Of a stretch of DNA of 64,000 bases, positions 37,303 through 46,625 are shown in pieces. The stretch is from assembly GCA_038253125.1 (NCBI GenBank), contig JBBSHM010000002.1, positions 946 to 64,945 of the forward strand. The letters are read 5' to 3'. The DNA is from Acidimicrobiales bacterium (lineage in GTDB: Bacteria; Actinomycetota; Acidimicrobiia; Acidimicrobiales; JAUJNH01). The notes under the pieces were generated by a model. It was given only the letters and a program-made list of their open reading frames with translations, made no database searches and was not told the DNA's origin. Each line of letters begins with the position of its first letter. Position 1 is the stretch's first letter. The translations under genes and the position numbers were made by a program.

Positions 37303-38112
37303 ATGCACGTCGCCGTCTGCGTGAAGCAGATACCGGATCCGTCGTCGCCGGGCCGGCTGGACGCCGGGACGGGGAGGCTCGTGCGCGACGCCAAGCTGGT
37401 GATGGACGACTCCGACAGCTACGGGGTCGAGATGGCCCTGCAGCTGGCGCAGGCGGCCGACGGGGGCGGGAGCGGGGGCTACGTCACCGTCATCTCCATG
37501 GCGCCGGGCGGAGCGACCAAGGGTGTGAAGGATGCCCTGGCCATGGGGGCCGACGCCGCCATCGTGGTCAGCGACGAGGCGCTGGCCGGCTCCGACGCCC
37601 TGTCGACCGCCAGGGTCCTCGCCGCCGCCGTGCGCCTGGCGGCGGCCGGGGAGGGCGGCGCCGTGGACCTCATCCTCGCCGCCACCGAGTCCACCGACGG
37701 CTACACCGGCACCACCCCGGTGCAGCTGGCCGCCCTGCTCGACATGCCCTCGGTCACCTTCGCCAAGAACGTGACGTGCGACGGGGCCAGGGTGACCGTC
37801 CAACGACAGACCGACGAGGGCCATGACGAGGTCGAGGCCACCCTGCCGGCGCTGGTCACCGTCACCGCCGGCGTGGTCGAGCCCCGCTACCCGGCCTTCA
37901 AGGCGATCATGGCGGCCAAGAACAAGCCCTGCCGGGTGGTCGGCATCGCCGAGCTCGGCCTCGACGCCGGCGAGGTCGGCTCGGCTGGCGCCCGCCAGGA
38001 GATCATCGAGGTTCTCGCCGCCGAGGAGCGGGCGACCGGTGAGCTGGTCGAGGACAACGGCCAGGCCCACCTCAGGATCGTCTCCCTCCTGGAGAGTCTG
38101 AAGGTGATCTGA
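37303..38112 (+). CDS. etfB: Electron transfer flavoprotein beta subunit
   Basis: VCVKQIPD, ALAMGAD, STDGYTG, EPRYP. Confidence 0.93.
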   Translation: MHVAVCVKQIPDPSSPGRLDAGTGRLVRDAKLVMDDSDSYGVEMALQLAQAADGGGSGGYVTVISMAPGGATKGVKDALAMGADAAIVVSDEALAGSDALSTARVLAAAVRLAAAGEGGAVDLILAATESTDGYTGTTPVQLAALLDMPSVTFAKNVTCDGARVTVQRQTDEGHDEVEATLPALVTVTAGVVEPRYPAFKAIMAAKNKPCRVVGIAELGLDAGEVGSAGARQEIIEVLAAEERATGELVEDNGQAHLRIVSLLESLKVI

Positions 38113-38113
38113 G

Positions 38114-39076
38114 GTGCCGGTTGAGCGGATCTGGGTGGTGGTCGAGCCGGCCGGCGGCGGCGCCGCCACCAACGGCCTGGAGCTGCTGACGGGCGCCCGT
38201 CCCCTGGCCGTCACCATCGACGCCGTCACCTTCGGCGACGCCAACGGAGCGGCCACGGTCCTCGGCGACCACGGCGCCAGCACGGTCTTCACCGTCGACA
38301 CCCCCAACGCCATGGCCGGGGTGCCGGTGGCGGCGGCGATCGTGGCCGCCACCCGGGTCAAGGGTGCGCCCACCGCCATCCTCCTGCCCCAGACCTACGA
38401 GGGCCGAGACATAGCCGGCCGGCTGTCGGTGGCGCTCGACGCTCCGGTCCTGGCCAACGCCGTGGGCCTGAGCGAGGTCGACGGGCGGCTGGTGGCCGAG
38501 CACGCCGTCTTCGGCGGCGCCACGATCGTGAAGGCGGCGTTCACCACCGACCGCGTGCAGCTGTTCCTGGTGCGGCCCAAGTCCTTCGCCGCCGAGGGGG
38601 GCGCCGGAGCGGCAGGGACCGTCGAGGCGCTGCCCATCCCCGACACCGGCCGGCCCGGCGCCGCCAGGGTGCTGGCCCGCCACGCCGAGGACCGCCTGGG
38701 CCCCAAGCTCGACGAGGCGCCTGTCGTCGTCTCCGGCGGACGCGGCCTGGGCGAAAAGGAGCGCTACGCCCTGGTCGAGGAGCTGGCCCGCCTGCTGAAG
38801 GGCGCCCCGGGCGCCTCGCGCGCCATCGTCGACGCCGGCTGGGTGCCCTACTCCTACCAGGTGGGCCAGACGGGCAAGACGGTGAAGCCGAACGTCTACA
38901 TAGCCGCCGGCATCTCCGGCGCCACCCAGCACATGGTGGGGATGAAAGGCGCCAAGCACATCATCGCCATCAACAAAGATCGCGAGGCCCCGATCTTCGC
39001 CATCTGCGACCTCGGCATCGTCGGCGACGTCAACAAGATCCTACCCAAGCTGATCGACGCCCTGAAGAGCCGCTGA
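38114..39076 (+). CDS. etfA: Electron transfer flavoprotein alpha subunit
   Basis: [43 protein letters not shown]. Confidence 0.95.
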   Translation: MPVERIWVVVEPAGGGAATNGLELLTGARPLAVTIDAVTFGDANGAATVLGDHGASTVFTVDTPNAMAGVPVAAAIVAATRVKGAPTAILLPQTYEGRDIAGRLSVALDAPVLANAVGLSEVDGRLVAEHAVFGGATIVKAAFTTDRVQLFLVRPKSFAAEGGAGAAGTVEALPIPDTGRPGAARVLARHAEDRLGPKLDEAPVVVSGGRGLGEKERYALVEELARLLKGAPGASRAIVDAGWVPYSYQVGQTGKTVKPNVYIAAGISGATQHMVGMKGAKHIIAINKDREAPIFAICDLGIVGDVNKILPKLIDALKSR

Positions 39077-39179
39077 CCGGGACGAGTTTCACTACACCTC
39101 GGACCTCAGGCGACCACCAGCAGCCACACGATGCAAATCCAGTTTGGGCTGAGGACCCCGCCGCGACGTCCCCGATTGG

Positions 39180-40115
39180 TCAGAAGGTCAGCGGCCCGCC
39201 GAAGGCGGCAGCGAGCCTCTTGATCTCTGTAAGGAGGTCTGTGAGGTCCGAGTGAATGCCGTCGAGCTTACCCACCGCAACCTTGACGTCGGCAAGATCC
39301 AGGTCCTGCGCCTTCTTCTTCTTGACCAGACCGTGCCCGTCGGGAAGGTAGAGCAGTACGTCGTCTTCCGGCAGCCCATGGATGAAGAGTCTTGGCAGAA
39401 CTCGCGTGCGGACAGCTTCCTCCCCCAGGCGGGCAAGAAAGCCCGCCTCAACCTTGGGCACAGCACGAATCCTCTTCAGCGCAGCGATGGCTTCGTCATC
39501 TCTTCCGGCGGCGGCATGAAGCTTGGCTTCATCCCATGCCGATCGAACGTTGCTTTCGTTGATCTTGTCGAGCACGATCAGAATGGGGGCATCGGTCGCA
39601 TTGAGGAGCCACTCCGCATGACCAACGATGAGCGCCTGCCTGGCACCGCGAAGCACCAGGATCTGAGCGTAGGAAGCTTCCAGCTCCCCCGAAACAACCC
39701 CTTCAAAACGATCTCGTCATGCTCTCCTTCAACGACAACAAATATGCGACGGAGTTGTAGCAGATCGCCCTTGGTCAGACCAAGATCCTCGTCATCGGGT
39801 ACGCCCGACAGGCCCACTACCCCTGTAGCGCCGCTGAGGAAATCTCGGCGAACATGGAGGAGACGAGCGCCCGGCCCGAGAAACGCTGGAGAGTGGGAGG
39901 CTACTACAACTGCTCGCCCGGAACCGGCCATGAGACGCCGGAAACCGGCTGCCACCTGCGCCTCGGCAGTCCTGTGCAGGCCCGCCTCCGGCTCGTCGGA
40001 CAAGACGATCGAGGGACGAGGCGATCCGGAGGCACTTTCAAGGGCAAGGCGGATTGCCGCTATGGCCCAACGCCGCCGGCCGCCTGACAGCTTGCCGACC
40101 GGTACAGGTATGGGT
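39180..40115 (-). pseudogene. ABC-ATPase + TOPRIM (OLD-like) nuclease remnant
   Basis: LSGG signature, DEPE.GLH, SHSP and VEGEHD in 39578..40264; continues in the 39180..39656 frame after a G-run slip at ~39686-39690; no Walker A; visibly lower GC. Confidence 0.7.
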
Positions 40116-40169
40116 GCAGCAGAGTTATGCTCCTCACAGATCCAACCGGGCGGTCTTCCCAAGAACCAC

Positions 40170-40778
40170 TCGGACCCGCACCAGGACGGTCGCTTCGCCG
40201 ATCTGGCCGGGGCCGAGAACAGCTGCGGGCGACGAACGGCCGATGCGTTCGTCGAGATGGCCAACAGGGCGGTCGGCGCCGGCCCCGGTCAGCCAGCCGT
40301 GCACCCTGATGTTGTCGTCGTCGTGCCTCAAGAGGCTCTGAGCAGAGCCGAGCCCGACCCGTTCGACCCGCCCAGCATCATCGGCGGCGGCCCGGTCACC
40401 CTGGCCGAGGTCTTCCGGCTGGCCCTGCTTGGCACCGTTTCGACCCTGACTGTCGACGACTGCGGTCGGCCGCTCAACCTGGGCCGCAAGCATCGACTGG
40501 CCAACAGCGACCAGTGGATCGCCGCGTCGGTGCGCGACCGTGGGTGCGTCGCGCCGGGCTGTGATCGCCCGGCTGCGTGGTGTCAGCTCCACCACCTCCG
40601 ATGGTGGTCCCATGGCGGTTCCACCGACCTGTCGAACCTGGCCTGCGCCTGTTCGTTCCACCACCACCTGATCCACGACCAGGGTTGGAACCTCGAAGCG
40701 CTGAGCGATGGCACGTGGAGGCTGCTCCGCCCTGACGGCACGACCGTCGAACCACCGCGCTACGCCGCTCAGCGCTGA
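40170..40778 (+). pseudogene. DUF222/HNH endonuclease C-terminal fragment
   Basis: 'ADAFVE', 'PLNLGR', RDRGC..PGC.RP..WC..HH...W..GG.TDL.NL...C..HH..IH; N-terminal part absent. Confidence 0.78.
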
Positions 40779-40898
40779 CGCGGCCTACCCAAGCTCGACG
40801 CCTGCGGCGCACCTGGCGAGCCGTTCTTGGGATCCGTCTGCCCTCGATGCTGTAGAGATAGATGCGGACCCGGCGAACCCGAGGATCGTGGGTTTGGG

Positions 40899-41288
40899 TC
40901 AGGCCGGCGCGATCTGGATGGGGGTGTGGCGGGCCAGGGCGTCGAAGTCGGCGTCGGCGTGCAACAGGGTGGCGCCGGCGCGGATGGCCTGGGCGGCGAT
41001 GAGGCAGTGGATCAGCTTGCGGATGGTCTCGCCTCGGCGGCGGCACATGCGGAAGAGCGCGGCCGCCTCGTCGAAGTCCGTTGCCTGGACGGGGATGATC
41101 GAAGCGCGGGCCAGGAGGCGTCTGAGCTCGCCCAAATGGGTCTCGTGGCGGGCGCCGGCGAGGACCTCCATCCAGACGGGGTGGCAGGTGGCGATGTCAG
41201 CTCCGAGAAGCTGGTCGACCCGCTCGCAGGTCGGGCTCCCGGTGCCGCGCAGGAACTCGACCCACGCCGAGGTGTCGACCAGGATCAC
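40899..41288 (-). CDS. vapC: VapC PIN-domain toxin
   Basis: MILVDTSAW, EVL.G, CLIAA.A, LH.D.DF. Confidence 0.9.
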   Translation of the reverse strand: MILVDTSAWVEFLRGTGSPTCERVDQLLGADIATCHPVWMEVLAGARHETHLGELRRLLARASIIPVQATDFDEAAALFRMCRRRGETIRKLIHCLIAAQAIRAGATLLHADADFDALARHTPIQIAPA

Positions 41289-41488
41289 CCGGGACCGCTG
41301 GAGCGCATCTGGTCCAGATCACCCTCCCAGCCGGAACCGCGCAGGCGGCGTGCCTCATCTAGTCCCAGTGGCTCGGCGGCGACGGACCGAAGGGCGAAGT
41401 TGACGGCGTCCCGCTTGGTCGACAGCTGATAGCGGTCCATGACCGTCCGGCAGGCGCTGTCGTCCAGGTCAATGTTGGTGCGTGACAT
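41285..41488 (-). CDS. vapB: VapB antitoxin
   Basis: SRTNIDLDD...TKRDAVN.AL...W.GDL..MR; GTGA overlap with vapC. Confidence 0.9.
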   Translation of the reverse strand: MSRTNIDLDDSACRTVMDRYQLSTKRDAVNFALRSVAAEPLGLDEARRLRGSGWEGDLDQMRSSGPG

Positions 41489-41670
41489 ACACCTACGATA
41501 CACCACCAGGCCTGAGGGACCAGCATCAGAAGCCTGCTCGGGTCAGCTGCGGCAGGTGTAGCACGCTCTTGGTCAGGCAGACCGCCCGTGACCGGGAACC
41601 CGCCGGCCCGGCGTTCGATGGAATCGTGGCCGGGCAGGGTTGATCTCGGATGAGCCTGGACATCCGGCCT

Positions 41671-42435
41671 TTAGACCAACGGCCAAGGGTAGGGGCGGCG
41701 GTCGGGGCCCGGGTTGGGCAGCTCGCCCCTTTCGGCCAGGATGCTGGCTCGGCGCTTGACCACCTCCACCTCCCGCCGGTGGAGCAGGCGGTGGAGCGGC
41801 TCGGGGGGGTCGGCGGCCAGCCGGCGCAGGTCGTCGCGCCAGGCGTCTTCCAGGCGGTCGCCGGCGAACTCCCAGATCACGGTGCGCAGCTTCGGCTCGA
41901 CGTGGAAGCACAGTCCGTTGTCAATGGCCCACACCAGCCCGTCGTCACCGAGGAGGCAGTGGCCGCCCTTGCGGTCGGTGTTGTTGACCACGATGTCGAA
42001 CACCGCCAGCTGGCGGAGGCGGTCGTGGTGGGCCGGGTCCTCGATGAGGGTGAAGTAGTGCTGCTCCTCGTCTCCCCACACGAAGCGCTGGAGCGAGCCG
42101 GGGCCGAGCGGGGCGTCTGGGCGCACCAGCGTCTCGGGGACCAGGTGCCAGCCGAGAGCCTCGGACACCACCCAGGCGGCGGCCTCACGCTTGTAAAGGC
42201 CGTCGGGGAAGTCCCACAGCGGCCGCTCACCCCGGTGCGGCTTGTAGATGGCGTGGCAGCCGTCACCGGCCAGGCGCAACGCCACCAGGAAGGTGGCGTT
42301 GGATGACCACTGCATCCGACCGACCAGCTCGACGTCGCCACAAGCCAGCACCTCGACGTAGCGACCGGAGTCGAGGTCGGGGAACCGCTCGATGGCTACA
42401 GCGTCGGAGGCCGGTGACCGTTCGTCTTCGGGCAC
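41671..42435 (-). CDS. SCO1664-family PI3/4-kinase-like protein
   Basis: SSNAT, YKP..GERPLWDFP.G...RE.AA, NNTDRKGGH, IDNGL.FH..PKLRTV.W. Confidence 0.88.
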   Translation of the reverse strand: MPEDERSPASDAVAIERFPDLDSGRYVEVLACGDVELVGRMQWSSNATFLVALRLAGDGCHAIYKPHRGERPLWDFPDGLYKREAAAWVVSEALGWHLVPETLVRPDAPLGPGSLQRFVWGDEEQHYFTLIEDPAHHDRLRQLAVFDIVVNNTDRKGGHCLLGDDGLVWAIDNGLCFHVEPKLRTVIWEFAGDRLEDAWRDDLRRLAADPPEPLHRLLHRREVEVVKRRASILAERGELPNPGPDRRPYPWPLV

Positions 42436-42944
42436 ACGTGGCCCCGGGGGTCGAGGGGATAGCCGCAGAGCGGGCAGGCGGCTCGGCCGGTGGCCACCAG
42501 CGTGGCGCCCCGCATGGCCAGGGCGGCGGCCTGGCCCCGGGTGCAGCCGAAGCGGGCGACGGCGCCGTGGGCCTGGTCCTCGTCGTCCTCATCGTCGCCC
42601 ATGTCGTCCTCGTCGGCCTCCGCCAGGACGGCCTCCTCGCACACGAGGACGACCCGGTCCTCGTCGCTGCTGAACGACAGCCCGAGCGAGCCGACGACGA
42701 ACTCGGCCAGCGTCGGCTCCTCGAGGTCGAGCTCGGCGATCTCGGGGATACGCGAGCTGGCCGGGTTCTCGTGCAGCAGCTCGCCCAGACGCTCGGCCAG
42801 GGCGGCCACCTGGCCCTTCTCGACCTTGAGGCTCACGAGCAGCGAGTCCTCCCGGGCCTGCAGGAAGAAGCTGCGGCGGCCCGGCTCGCCGACGGCACCG
42901 ACGGTGATCCGGTCAACTGTCGCCAGGTCGAAGCTGCTGCTCAC
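42396..42944 (-). CDS. DUF3090 family protein
   Basis: GAVGEPG.R.FFLQA, EK.QV..L, GR..CPLCG.PLDP.GHVCP..NGH. Confidence 0.88.
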   Translation of the reverse strand: MSSSFDLATVDRITVGAVGEPGRRSFFLQAREDSLLVSLKVEKGQVAALAERLGELLHENPASSRIPEIAELDLEEPTLAEFVVGSLGLSFSSDEDRVVLVCEEAVLAEADEDDMGDDEDDEDQAHGAVARFGCTRGQAAALAMRGATLVATGRAACPLCGYPLDPRGHVCPKTNGHRPPTL

Positions 42945-43579
42945 GCCGCGCCTGGCAGCTTGGCGGTCGAGTTGACGCACTGCACGCTGGGCCCGGCCAC
43001 TGAGTAGGCGATGACGGTGATCGAGCACGGACTCACACCGAAGCGCTGGAAGTGGTCGAGGTGGCTGCCCATGGCGTCGGCCACCATGACCTTGATCGGA
43101 TCGGCGTGGCTGACGCACACCACGACCTCGCCGGGGTGGGCGGCCACGATGCGGCGGACGGCGTCGGAGGTGCGGGCCTGCATCTCGAGGAACGACTCGC
43201 CCTCGGGGAAGCGGAACTGTGACGGGTTGCGCTGCACCTGCTGCCACTCAGGGAGCTTGTACAGCTCCTTCAGCTCGCGACCCGTCCAGGCGCCGAAGTC
43301 GCACTCGAGCAGGCCCCGGTCGACGACAACGCGCAGACCGAGCGCCTTACCGATGGGCGCCGCCGTCTCCCTGGTGCGCTCAAGCGGCGAGGCGTAGATC
43401 GCGGCAACCTTGGCGTAGGCGGCCAGCCGGTCGGCGGCCGCCTGGGCCTGGGCCTGACCCTGGTCGGCCAAGTGGAGGCCCTTGGCCCGGCCGGGCAGCA
43501 CCTTGCCAGTGGTGGGGGTCTGGCCGTGGCGGACAAAGGCGATCGTCGTCGGCTTGGGAGGCTTGGGGCGGGCCGGCAT
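42941..43579 (-). CDS. MSMEG_4193-family histidine phosphatase/phosphomutase
   Basis: VRHG, SPLERTRETA, ECDFGAWTG, FPEGES, SHADPIK, HLDHFQR. Confidence 0.9.
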   Translation of the reverse strand: MPARPKPPKPTTIAFVRHGQTPTTGKVLPGRAKGLHLADQGQAQAQAAADRLAAYAKVAAIYASPLERTRETAAPIGKALGLRVVVDRGLLECDFGAWTGRELKELYKLPEWQQVQRNPSQFRFPEGESFLEMQARTSDAVRRIVAAHPGEVVVCVSHADPIKVMVADAMGSHLDHFQRFGVSPCSITVIAYSVAGPSVQCVNSTAKLPGAA

Positions 43580-43606
43580 GTCGAGCCAGCACCGTAGTTT
43601 GGCCTG

Positions 43607-44329
43607 ATGCCTAGGCCAGATCCCGGAGCGGCGCCGGGCCACGCTGGGTCGTCGCTGGCGGCCCTGGAGGCCGAGATCACCGAATGCCGCCGCTGCCCCC
43701 GGCTGGTGGCGTGGCGGGAGCAGGTGGCCGAGGAGCGGCGGGCCGCGTTCCGTGACGAGGAGTACTGGGGTCGACCGGTGCCCGGCTTGGGCGATCCCGC
43801 CGCCCGCCTGCTGATCGTCGGGCTCGCCCCGGCGGCCCACGGGGGCAACCGCACCGGCCGGGTCTTCACCGGTGACCGGAGCGGCGACTGGCTGTTCGCC
43901 GCCCTGTGGCGGGCCGGCTATGCCAACCAGCCGACCTCACGCCACCGCGACGACGGCCTCAGGCTGGCCGGGTGCTGGGTCAGCGCCGCCGTCCGCTGCG
44001 CCCCGCCGGCCAACAAGCCGTCGCCCCAGGAGCGCGACGCCTGCGCCCCCTACCTGGCCCGGGAGCTGGCCCTGCTGAGCGATGTCGCCGTGGTCGTGGC
44101 CCTGGGCCGCTTCGCCTGGGACGTGGCGTGGCCGATGCTCGCTCCGGGCGTGCGCCCTCGGCCGCCGTTCGCCCACCTGGCCGAGGCGGCGCTGCCGCCT
44201 GATGTGGCCGGCCGTCCCCGGACGCTGCTCGGCTCGTTCCACCCCAGCCAGCAGAACACCTTCACCGGGCGCCTCACCGAGCCCATGTTCGACGCCGTCT
44301 TCGCCCGGGCCCGCTCGCTCGGGGCCTGA
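43607..44329 (+). CDS. udgB: Uracil-DNA glycosylase family 5 (Fe-S)
   Basis: CRRCPRL, GLAPAAHGGNRTGRVFTGDRSG, RCAPPANKP, HPSQQN. Confidence 0.92.
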   Translation: MPRPDPGAAPGHAGSSLAALEAEITECRRCPRLVAWREQVAEERRAAFRDEEYWGRPVPGLGDPAARLLIVGLAPAAHGGNRTGRVFTGDRSGDWLFAALWRAGYANQPTSRHRDDGLRLAGCWVSAAVRCAPPANKPSPQERDACAPYLARELALLSDVAVVVALGRFAWDVAWPMLAPGVRPRPPFAHLAEAALPPDVAGRPRTLLGSFHPSQQNTFTGRLTEPMFDAVFARARSLGA

Positions 44330-44341
44330 GCGCACAGGTGC

Positions 44342-45496
44342 TCAGGCCGGGGCGGGCTGCTTAGGGGGCAGCGGCGGCATGCGCCTCGGGGCATCGACCG
44401 CCACCTCGGGCCACCGCCGGCGGCTGACCCGGGACAGCTTGCGCATCAGCGCGATCGCCCCCGGGTCGTCGTCGCCCGGCCGGGTCTCGATCACCCCGTC
44501 GGCCACCAGCCGGCTCATGATCTCGCGGCCCCGGTCGGTGCGGACCACCGTCAGGGTCCAGTCATTGAAAGCGCCGATCCCGCCGGTCGAGATGTCGGCG
44601 TGCTCGGCGGCGAAGTCCGGGCAGGTCTTGCAGCCCTCGCGTGTCCAGGCGTGGCACTCCTTCAGCGGTACCTCGTGGTAGCTGCCGTCGCGCATCCAGA
44701 TCTGGAAGACGCCCTTGATGTTCATCTTCACCATGTCCTGCTTGCGCAGGCCGTACTTCGCCTCGAAGAGCTCTTCGAAGATGGCGTCGTCGAAGGTCTT
44801 CGAGCACAGCAGGCCGATGTTCAGCGAGAGGCGGCGGGCCACCTTCCCGGCCTTGCGGGCCGCCATGATCGGCGGCACCGACGACTGGCACGACATGCCG
44901 ACCAGGGCGATCTTCTCGGCGCCGCCGGCCACCGCCTCGCCGTAGGCCATGGTGTTGGCCGAGTAGGTGTAGCGGCTGCCGGCGCCGGCCAGCACCTCGC
45001 CTCTCGTGCGGGCCACACCGGGCACCGCCTTCCAGGATGTGCCGTCGCCCTCGAGGTAGGACACCAGGGCGGCGTCGATCTCGCCCTTCTCCAAGGCCCA
45101 GATGAGGATGGCCGAGACGAGCCCGCCGTCCTGGCCCCGCTCGTGGACCTGGGGGTCCGTCGCCCGGGCGAGCAGCACGTCCTTGGATATGCCGGACACC
45201 TCAACCTCCTCCCGGACCCGGCCGAAGAGGTGGGCGTCAGCCTCGGGCTCCCAGTCGCGGAAGCGGGGACAGGCCCGGGTGCAGGACGTGCAGCCCTTCT
45301 GGCCGTGGGTGCAGTCGGACGGGCCGAGCTCCTCCTCGATGTTCAGCGGCTTGTACACCCCGTTGGTGTCGTCGTAGCCGAGCACGTCGTGGGGGCAGGC
45401 GATGACACATCCGGCGCACCCGGTGCACAGCCCGGAGGTGACCACCTCGTCGAACAGCTCTTTCCACTGGAACTTCTGGCGAACGGCCGGCGGCAC
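44342..45496 (-). CDS. Coenzyme F420 hydrogenase/dehydrogenase beta-subunit family protein
   Basis: CTGCAGCVIACP, CTSCTRACP, GQDGG.VS, AGSRY, VGMSCQ, IGLLC, GCKTCPDF...ADISTG. Confidence 0.85.
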   Translation of the reverse strand: MPPAVRQKFQWKELFDEVVTSGLCTGCAGCVIACPHDVLGYDDTNGVYKPLNIEEELGPSDCTHGQKGCTSCTRACPRFRDWEPEADAHLFGRVREEVEVSGISKDVLLARATDPQVHERGQDGGLVSAILIWALEKGEIDAALVSYLEGDGTSWKAVPGVARTRGEVLAGAGSRYTYSANTMAYGEAVAGGAEKIALVGMSCQSSVPPIMAARKAGKVARRLSLNIGLLCSKTFDDAIFEELFEAKYGLRKQDMVKMNIKGVFQIWMRDGSYHEVPLKECHAWTREGCKTCPDFAAEHADISTGGIGAFNDWTLTVVRTDRGREIMSRLVADGVIETRPGDDDPGAIALMRKLSRVSRRRWPEVAVDAPRRMPPLPPKQPAPA

Positions 45497-45626
45497 GCCC
45501 CTGAAACTATCGGCCCGTGGCGCGGCCGCCGGGCGCCGGCGTTCAACCGGTGATCTGCAGCGAGCCGTTGCTGGTGACCACCCACGGGGAACGGCACAGG
45601 CGAACGCGACCGTAGGGTCCAGAGCC

Positions 45627-46415
45627 GTGCCCGAGCTGGCGGAGGTCGAGGCATACCGGCGGCTGGCCGAGCTGGACGCGCTGGGTCGTCGGATCATCGC
45701 AGTGGAGGCGCCCGACCCCTGGTTCCTGAAGGGCGGCATCGGTGCTGCGGATGTCGAGGAGGCACTTCTCGGGCGGACTCTGGTGGCGGCACGGCGCCGC
45801 GGCAAGCTGCTCCTGCTCGACACCGATGAGGGCCGCACCCTGGGACTGCGCTTCGGGATGAGCGGCCGGCTGGTCGTCGACGGCACCCCCGGCGTCGATC
45901 GGCTCCGCTACTCGAGCATCCGCGACGACCCCGTGTGGGACCGCTTCTCGCTGCAGCTTGCCTCCGGACCCGGCGCCCTGCGGGTCAACGATCCGAGGCG
46001 CCTCGGCGGCGTCACCCTCGACCCGCGGGAGGAGGCGCTCGGGCCGGACGCCCGCACCGTCACCGGTGTCCAGCTCGCCGCTGCGCTCTGCGGATCGGGG
46101 GCGCCGCTCAAGGCCCGGCTGCTCGACCAGGCCCGGCTCGCCGGCGTCGGGAACCTCATGGCCGACGAGGTGCTGTGGCGGGCCGGCCTGTCACCGCTGC
46201 GGCCGGGGGTCTCGCTGACATTGGCCGAGGTACGGCGCCTGCACCGCAACCTGCTCCGAACCGTCGAGCTGCTCATCGATCGCGGCGGCTCTCACCTCGG
46301 CGACCTCACGCCGCACCGCGTCCCGGGCGGTCTGTGCCCCCGTGACGGCCGTCCCCTCCGCCGGGACACCGTCGGGGGCCGGACCACCTGGTGGTGCGAG
46401 GCCCATCAACGCTGA
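45627..46415 (+). CDS. mutM: Fpg/Nei-family DNA glycosylase
   Basis: PELAEVE N-terminus, RRGK, GMSG, DPRRLG, LLDQ..AGVGN..ADE, Zn finger CPRDG...WCEAHQ. Confidence 0.88.
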   Translation: MPELAEVEAYRRLAELDALGRRIIAVEAPDPWFLKGGIGAADVEEALLGRTLVAARRRGKLLLLDTDEGRTLGLRFGMSGRLVVDGTPGVDRLRYSSIRDDPVWDRFSLQLASGPGALRVNDPRRLGGVTLDPREEALGPDARTVTGVQLAAALCGSGAPLKARLLDQARLAGVGNLMADEVLWRAGLSPLRPGVSLTLAEVRRLHRNLLRTVELLIDRGGSHLGDLTPHRVPGGLCPRDGRPLRRDTVGGRTTWWCEAHQR

Positions 46416-46489
46416 GCAGGCCGGCCGGCTCGCGTCGGTGAGGTTGCCGAACGGCCACTGGGCGAACCGGAGGAGATCCCCGCATGCTG

Positions 46490-46564
46490 TGGTGCCCTCG
46501 GCAGGATTCGAACCTGCGCACACGCCTCCGGAGGGCGATGCTCTATCCCCTGAGCTACGAGGGC
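46490..46564 (-). tRNA. tRNA-Arg(CCG)
   Basis: GCCCTCGTAGCTCAGGGGATAGAGCATCGCCCTCCGGAGGCGTGTGCGCAGGTTCGAATCCTGCCGAGGGCACCA: cloverleaf, T-loop, encoded CCA; divergent from argS. Confidence 0.96.
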
Positions 46565-46625
46565 GGGACCAGGCCGGGACGATAGTGCCTGGCGCTGCGA
46601 GCCCGGGGACGGGTAACCCTGGAGG

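Noticed and set aside
39252..40169. 508-aa HNH protein as one gene
   Set aside because: The first ~300 aa are the antisense of the ATPase-TOPRIM remnant; only the C-terminal part is DUF222/HNH-like.
46416..46625. tRNA-Arg as prophage or island attachment site
   Set aside because: No integrase or duplicated tRNA 3' end seen; flanks are housekeeping genes.
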